Origin: an uncultured virus (IMG/VR IMGVR_UViG_3300028557_000015)
Lineage: Duplodnaviria > Heunggongvirae > Uroviricota > Caudoviricetes
DNA length: 54,205 nt
Virus record (IMG/VR): IMGVR_UViG_3300028557_000015
Location: 62,001 to 116,205 of that record
Direction: 5' to 3' (one strand)
Below are positions 11,601-20,600 of the stretch, piece after piece; the first letter of the stretch is position 1; the number at the start of each line of letters is the position of its first letter. Below the pieces are notes generated by a model. The model saw only the letters and a program-made list of their open reading frames with translations, was not told where the DNA came from and searched no databases. The position numbers and the translations under genes are program-made.

Positions 11601-14600
11601 ATTGAACATCAAAATTAATGATTTATTTCTAAACAATAATAAATTGCTAGGTAATTCTTCATTTACTGCACGAATAATACTACGTGTTTCTTCACTTGGG
11701 AAGGTATCAAAAGGTGTCGTGTCAAAAAAGTTATCACCAAATCCTATTCGTGCTTCTGCATAATCCCATAATGAACTACTAAACTGTATTGTACCATTTT
11801 GCAATCCAATACGGACCCACTCAATGCCATCATACACATATGTTTCTTGTAATCCGTCACCATTCTTATTAACAGTAACAATTAGTCCAAGTTGAGCATT
11901 GATTGGAGCTAAATCATAATATGATTCCACTAACATAGCAGACTTAGTATTATCATTATATCCAGGTGCCCACCAGTTAATTAATTCCCAGTAATCTTGT
12001 GTGTTGTAGAATAATTCTGGTGCACCAGGCCAATTTGGGTTATCAACTGTAGAAGGATTGATTGCACCTTCTGTGAATAAGAATTTCAAACTGCTTGTTT
12101 CAGCTAATGGATATTGTGCTAATACTGTGTTATAGAATTGCAAATAGTTTTCTAATGCTTTAAATCTATTGTAGAAGAAACTTTGACGAGGACGTACTAA
12201 TATACCACTCTGTACTGGTTTTGGTAAGAACGGATCAGGAACAACAGCGCCGGTTTGATTGACACCACTGAAACTCTCAAGCATTCTGTTATACAATGAT
12301 TCCGGTACTACTGTATCTCCTATGCCAGGTAGTCCTGGTAAGAAATCATCAGCATAATTAGAACGTATTAAACTGTACACACTATGCGAAACATCGTCAT
12401 TTGTTCCTGTAGCAAAGCCAATATGCAATGCAGTATCAGTCGCATTGATATTACTACCGCAATTATATAAACCAAATACATTTGGTTGTATTGCTGCCAT
12501 ATATGAAATACCTGTAGACAATGGGGTAGCTATATATGATTCACATATAGTATCTGATAATGTTTTTCCTATTTGGTTAAACACAATGTTTGTATTTCTT
12601 ACCCAATAGTAATATACAGGTACAAGAGCTCCTGTGCTATTCAATCTATATTCAATTGCATAGTCATCAATACTACGAGGTGTGCCTGGTCCTTGATATA
12701 CGATTGGTTCAACGTCACTGGTAACCCAACTATATACTTTAACGTCACTGCCTGGGAATACTCTACCCCACCATTTACTATTATAAACAACATCATCACT
12801 TTGATGATAGTTTACAAATCGTGTAGTGCTTGTATCGAACCATAACTTACCTAATTGTCCCGGACCCCATACGGTAGAACCTTTATTCGTTGCATCAGGA
12901 CTATTGTAATTTGCAGGATCAGTGTTAGATACTATGTCTAAATTCTCACGTACTGCGCCCAATAATTTACCTTGCAACGGATCAATATAATCTAAATTGT
13001 CTAATGTATTGTTAGTTGATACACTATATAACTGAACGTTTTGTATAGCATCAGTATCAACGATTGGTGCAGAATTACGATACACTATCCAATCAGATTC
13101 ACCTGAACTATTGTTATAAATCACTACTTGACCATTATCATATCCAGGTCTAAAGTTAGGTGTACCAATGATAACGCTGTTATTATTAAAATCTAACGCT
13201 GTACCATAATATGGTTGGCTACCATAATCTTCATTCAGTGCATTAACGCTTTGAGCATATACATATGCACCAGAATTATTTACATTTTCATTGTAAACAG
13301 GCAAGTAATCGTACATATACACTGCGCCTGCATTAACAAAACTATCTATGAACTGTGTTGTATTGTTATCAAACAATGTATCATTGTCATAGTTTTCATC
13401 ATCACTTGCATCAAACGTTGTTTCTGCATATCGTGCTGATGCCGGAGCACTTACTACAAATGAACCACTAGAGTTAAATTTAATAGTAGAACCAAATTGT
13501 GTTCTACCTTGACTATGCGGGTCATTGATTAATTGTGTTTGTGTATATAACTGTATACCCAATTGGTCTAATACATCAGCATCTAAAACAGACACAGTTA
13601 ACTTAGCATTGATAAACGCTAAATCTACACTGATAACTTGAATAGTTAAAATGTTATTTGAAGCAGATGCAGTAACGTTTGTGATGTTTGCAGAAGTAAT
13701 AGCATTGGCAGCTGCCGTTGCATTTCCTGCAGGAATATTTACAGCATAACCATTTACTAATATTGTAGTAGCCGCAGTTACGTTGCACTCAGTAGTGCCG
13801 GTAACTATACCATAACTGCTACCTCCATATGTATAACGATAAACAGCACCTTCAGCATTTTGACTGTTAATTTCAAACGGTGCGCCAATCAATAATTCAT
13901 TTGCATAAGTGTCTACATCTAAGCTATAACCAAAGTTTGTTCCAACTTCAGGATTAGCATCTACTGATGTGAATTCTTGTGTTAATACAAATTCAGAACC
14001 GCTTACAGTAATGATATCACCTGCAGTTAATGATTGGTAAACATTAATATTTGTTCCAACAACACCGTATTCATTATCATCAATCAATGTCCCATTAACG
14101 CTTACAAAGATTGGTTCAGTTTGTTGAACAGCGGACATTGAACCAGTGTCGGTAATTAATTGTAATGTTGAACCACCTCGTTCAGTAGATACAGTGAAAG
14201 TAGTTCCTGATGGTTTAGCCAATACATAATAAACTGTGTTTAATGATACTCCACCAAATACAGTTCCAGTAAACACGATAGGATAACCAACTGTTAGAAC
14301 AGAACTGTCAGTACACGTAAAACGGTCAGTACCTGCGTTAGTATCAGTGACCGTCACTGGTGTTGTGATTGGTGTAAATATCAAACTAAACGTTTGTGGG
14401 GCAAACGGTGAGCTTGTAAATGGTGCCTCAAACGTTTGTACTAACCTTTCAAAAGAGTAAGCAGTACCTAAATCAGCAACAACGGTATCATTTTCTGGCG
14501 CACTAACAGCTACAATATTACCATAATAGTTTGTGGCAATAGAATAACCAAAACTATCACCTGCACTTAATCCGGCAACTGTAATCGTGTCAGATAATTC

Positions 14601-17600
14601 ATATAAAGTAGTTAAATCAGATTTACGATAGACATAAACTAAATTCTGTTCATATGCAGAGATGTATAGCCAATTTTGGTCACCAGATAATGCGATTGAA
14701 GAACCCCAGTTGGTTACAGAATCGTCATCAGGTGATTCAATTACTTGTACTTCTTGCAATTCGTTAAGTAAATTGTTAATTACTAAATCGTAAATATAAA
14801 CTTTTCTGTCAGTATAGGCTGCACCAGTTGGTTGTGATATTACAAATAAATTATCTGAATATGCAATCGTAGAACCAAAAGATATACCCTCAGTAATTGT
14901 TTGAACAATACTATAAGAATCAAAAACCGAGCTATAAGAATAACGATATGCAACACCGGTCTCTGCGTCACTAATCAAATAACCTAAATTACTTGTTTGT
15001 GCAACTGCACTACCATATGTTAATGAATTAGTTTTTAATAATTCATCTTCATATACATAGTTTAAACTCTTACGATATACAGCCCAAGAGCCATCATCAT
15101 TTTCATCAACCCAAACTTTGTTCTTTACAAATTCACTGTCAAGTAAAGGCAAGTTATTAATATCACTTGGTGTAGCTACACGTTGAGATGAGAATTTCAT
15201 CGCAACACCTTCACCGGTGATTGTTGTCAATGCCGATGATAAACTTAATAGAATAGTTACTCTAAATGGATCTACTACTGTTGCAACAATTCTGTAACCA
15301 TCAATATTACTATTAAAATTAATAATAGCAAATGGTTGATATTTTGTTAAATTGTGCGGTGTTGCAAACTGTAGTGTGACAGTTCCATTTAAGTTATTGA
15401 TTGCACCCACTACTTGTCCGGCACTTGTTGGAGTATATACTTGCCAAGTGCTATTATAATCAGCTAACCATACGTATTCATTTACATATAAATGTGATAG
15501 AGGAGTTGTTGCAGTATTCAATCCATTATAATAGTACGATGAGATTTTAACATCATTAAAGTTAGTATAACCTGCATCCGGGAACACTCTATTTGGTGTA
15601 TCTGACGGTAATGTGGGTAATACATTTGGATTATTTATAGGTCTTCCATAATTAAAAACTGAATATAACGGTACTTCTTGTTCTACACCATCAGTATACA
15701 CACCGGTAGTAAGTCCAACAATAGATGGATTACCTGTTAATTGATTTTGATTTAATCTAAAATCAACAAAGTTATTGTTTAATACACCACCAAACTCGCC
15801 GGTCTTAATAGCCCAGTTTTCATACACATCATAATCAATACCACCTTGTGGTAAGTTTAATCCTTTAAAACTATTTGCCGCAATTCGTGTACCTTTTTCT
15901 TTGATAAGATTTTTATAAACATTAACCTGTGTTATGTCTGTCAAATCAGCTAATGCTAAGTAATCACGTGGTCTATATCCAATCAATGACCAACTTAGTA
16001 GGTCACTATCTTGGTCTAAATTAGTTTTGTTTGTATCATAAAACAATGTTGCTTCATATGAACGTGTTGAACTGTTAGGCAGTAACCCTTTCTGAATCTC
16101 ATTATAATCAGTTTCTTTCCAATACTGTTCTTCAAATATTTCCTTTGCATTTAATACTTTTAATGCAAACCAATATTTGTTTTTATACTTAACAATACTG
16201 CCTCTTGTATACTTTTGATTAGTACTCCATTCTTCAATATTATTTTGGTTAAGAATAAAGCCTTGTGCATCAATAGTACCATTCCAATCAGCAGACTTTG
16301 TGCCTCTGGTTAAGATACGATTTTGTCTTAAGCCAGTTACTAAATTATACAATACGTCATTGAACACAGTAACATTATCAAACACAATACCGTGTTCAAA
16401 GTTACTAATGTTAAACTGACCATACGCAACAGTATCACCTTCATTTAATGGTGTTGCACTAAAGAACGTACTATCACGTGTTACTGATAATTCATTACTT
16501 TGTATTGGGTAGAAGTTTTGATTTAAAATAAAGTTTTGTCTTTGTAGTGTTAGAGGTTGAACTATATGACTATCTTTATTAATAGTAATCAAATTAGCGG
16601 CTGGATTTAAGTTAATTAAACTTCCTGTTTCCCAACCACTCTGTGCCCAGTATAATAATTCCGTAACCATTTGACGCCAGTTAACATCTATACCAGATTC
16701 TATTTGGTCAAATAATACACCTTGTGTTAATAAATATCTTCCATAGTTAGCTATAAATTGACTTAGTGATTGTAAGTCAAGAAACTCAGTTCCGTATGGT
16801 ACAATATTAGTTTTGTTTTCAGTATAGTCATTTGCTAGTTGAACTGATATATTACCCACTGTAACTTTATTGTAGTTTCCATTAATCTTAGGAGTTACCG
16901 TAGTGAAGTATGCGGTATCTTGTGAGTTACCAAATACTTTCCAACCAGCGTTTGTGCTTTGCACAACAACGCCGCTATAAATTACAGTGGTTATAGGTAC
17001 ATTATCATACAATACTACACTATAACTTTCGTCTGGAATTAGTAATGATGCATTTCTACTGTTTGGTGTTCCCTTTTCAACATAGAAACCAAGCAAACTC
17101 TTATCACTAAATCCTGCCAATCTATAAATCAATCTTACATCTAAATTATCAAATAAGTCTGTAATATTTTGTGTGGCATTAATACCAACTTGCTTTTCAT
17201 AATCAACTATCCAGTTTATATAACTTGTTTTTGCCGTTCCATTACCATATATGGCAACATCACTAATCACTAAGTGACTGCGATTATTAACTAGATATTG
17301 ATTAAACTCCGTACTAAATTTGTAGTTGTCTACATCAAAACCCAAGTTAAAGAATTTTGCAGGTTTAGTAAGAGCAAGAATCTTCATTAAGTCGAAAGGC
17401 CAACTACTGCTTCTGCGGTATGAGAATTCAACTGGGCCTACATCTCCTACAGCCCATTCATTTCTAAATGTTCTGAAATTATAGTTACCCATCACTGCAT
17501 CAAACGGGGATAATAAATTACCTGCACCATCTACTGGTATTACACTTAATAATTCTTCTCTAATAAATTCAGGCAAGACAATTGGATCACCGTTATTCCA

Positions 17601-20600
17601 GTTGATGCCCGCAGCCATATCTCCCCATAATACCAAGTTATCACTTGTGTATGGTGCGGCGCCGTATCTATCAGTCCACCAAGTTGGTTGATTTGTAAAG
17701 CCAATCATTTCCCAAGGTGTGGTGTTTGGAGTACTTGTATCATAGAAGTACTCATATATACCTCTCCAGAATCCTTGTGGAATTGGTTGTCCATTAATTC
17801 TATTACCGGACTGGGTGTAATTATAACTAAACTGGTCATTGGGTTGATAAAATTGTTTCTTATATTCAATGCGATTCTGCCCAACCCAATTTAAGAAATA
17901 CTGACTGTATATTTGTAAGACTTCATCATATGAGTAGTTGGTTGTTCTAAAGAATCCCGGAATAACATCATATTCAGTAATAGGAACTATGTCTGTTAAT
18001 TTAAGATTATTATAAACACGTGATTCAAATTCCAATAGTGCTTGGTCTCTAAAGTCAACTAAATTTCCATCAATATATTCTCCATATAATTTAGTATATG
18101 AACCATCATGTCCTTGAATAAAATATGTAGGTTGAGAATAATTACTATCTAATACAACTCCGGGAATAAATGAGGGGTATAATCCTAATTTAGTAGGAGT
18201 GTTTGGTACATAACTTCCAAAAGTCTGATTGTATTCTTTAATTGTTACAATGTCTCCAGCAGATAAGTCTTTTGTAATAGTCAATGATGGAGTATCTGTA
18301 CTTACTGTATAATCCTGATTAACAATCAATTGTTGTGTTGATGTAAAGTTATCTACTGTTGTAGTCAAATAAACTAATACGCCATAATAATTTGCGGTAT
18401 CAAAATTATAAATTCTTGTTAAAGGGTAGATACTTGTATCTAATGAGTTAGCAAAAGTATATGTATTAGTAGCATATGCCGCTTTACTTGGCAACATATC
18501 ACTCCAGAAAAAAGGTTCTGATTCTGTTTTGTTTTGGGTAATTTGATCCAATGCATCATCTAAAATAGTTGCAGGAGTCTGATATATGTTATATTCAGTT
18601 CTATCTATAGTATAAACCAATAACGACCTAAAAGTAATATACTGCTGACTGTTATACTGCAAAGAATTAATAAGATTATTATTTTGTGACCTTAACAACG
18701 ATCCAGGTAATGCTAAACTTGCACTATTTTGAATAATCTTATTTCCCCAAGGCACAAGATTACCTAAGTCACGATAATTGTTTGAGCCAAAAACGTCGCC
18801 GGTTGTGTTTGGGTTGTTATAGAAAATACTTTGATATTGACCGCGAATGTCACCTACGTTAACAACAGATACATCATCATTGAACGGATTGTTTTGTAAG
18901 TTGATAGGTATTTGATAGTATGCAGTTGGACTTACCTGATCGCTTAATAATGTGATTTCAACTACTGTATCAATCAGTGGATTAGGTACAGTGAAATTTA
19001 CAACTGTAGTATTATCTGTAATGGTAAAAGTATAAGTTGATGTATCTTGTAATACGTTATTAACGTAAACTTGAATATTAGGCCATACTGTATTTGTTGA
19101 GGCAGCTATATCACAAGTATAGGTTGTAGTTGCTTCAGATGCAACATAGTTAAAAGAAAATATTTGATACTGACGACTTTCTGCAACAGCGGTTTGCCAT
19201 CCTAATTGTCTAACAACAGTTGTTCCAGATGTGTAATTATATACATAACCTGTATTAACTTTTTGTGTAATTGGATTAGTACCACTTACATAATTAAATG
19301 TTTCACTGTTTAATGGTACGTCAAAACTGATATCACCTACGTTATTAACTGCACTATAACGTAGTGGGAATCCTAGTACAATATCTTTAATTCCAGAACC
19401 AATTCCATAACTGAATAATTTATTGCCAGCAAATGATGTACCTACATATACATCGGTGTTGCCAAAACTAATGCCATCATTATCAAATATATCAAAGTAT
19501 GGTGCTTGATTAACTGTTGTTTTTTGTTGTGCTATTAACCATTCAATACCATCAAAGTAAAAATCTTTACCTTCATTATTATATCCCTTAAATGCAAAGG
19601 TGCATTCCAACGGTAATACTAATCCGTCACTTGCTTCAGTAAGAGTAATTACCGGCGTGCCTGTACCTTGTATATCAGAAAATCTTACAACATATATTTT
19701 GTTTCTAACATTTTCATTTGTATCGGCAGAAAAAACAATTCTTGCACCATCATATAATGAATAATTATCATTTGATAAATCATTTGCTACCAATGATGAA
19801 CCTGTAGTGGCAGGAATCGTTGTAGAAGTATCCCAAGTCACAGTAAGTGTTAAGGTTGACGTACCTGTAATAGTAGTAATTTGAGTATTTCTAGGTAAGA
19901 CATTTGTAGTATCACTTATGTATTGCCCAACCTGAAATGTGCCGGTAACATCTGATGCGGCAATAGTAATTGTCGTACTTGTTCCAGTAACACCTGCAAT
20001 AGTTGCAGTATAAGCAGTATATGTTTCAACGTCTGGCCAATAATTTTCTTGACCGGCTACAAGTGTAAATGCATCAGTTGTTCTATCATCAAAGAAATCA
20101 ATTGGATCTTTGCCAACGACACCATTATTAAATAACCTTAAATTAGGATAAAACTCAATGATTGGGCGTTTAGCTTTATTGTCCTGTGTTGCATATATTG
20201 TTGCAATCGCAGGATTATTATTATAGGTAGCAGTTGCATTGATAACATCAATGTGGAACCAACGGTTGCTTCTTGACCAAGCATTTTTATCTATACTGTT
20301 TCGTGCAATCGTAATATAATCTTGATACACAGGGATGTATAGTGTGCTATCATAGTTACCTATATCATATGGCAATGAATCAAATGGGGTGTATGCACCT
20401 TCAGTAAAAGGTTCCGGTGTAATAAGGTCTGCTACGTTTAATAATTCAATTGCTGTACCAACACCTTCTACATAATATTCACCATCTTTATAGCTTGTAG
20501 GAAAAATATCACCACTGAAACTTACTTTAAGACCATTAGTAAACACTACACCATTTGGACTTGTATATTGTTGTTGACCTAATATTTCAGTAATATCTAT

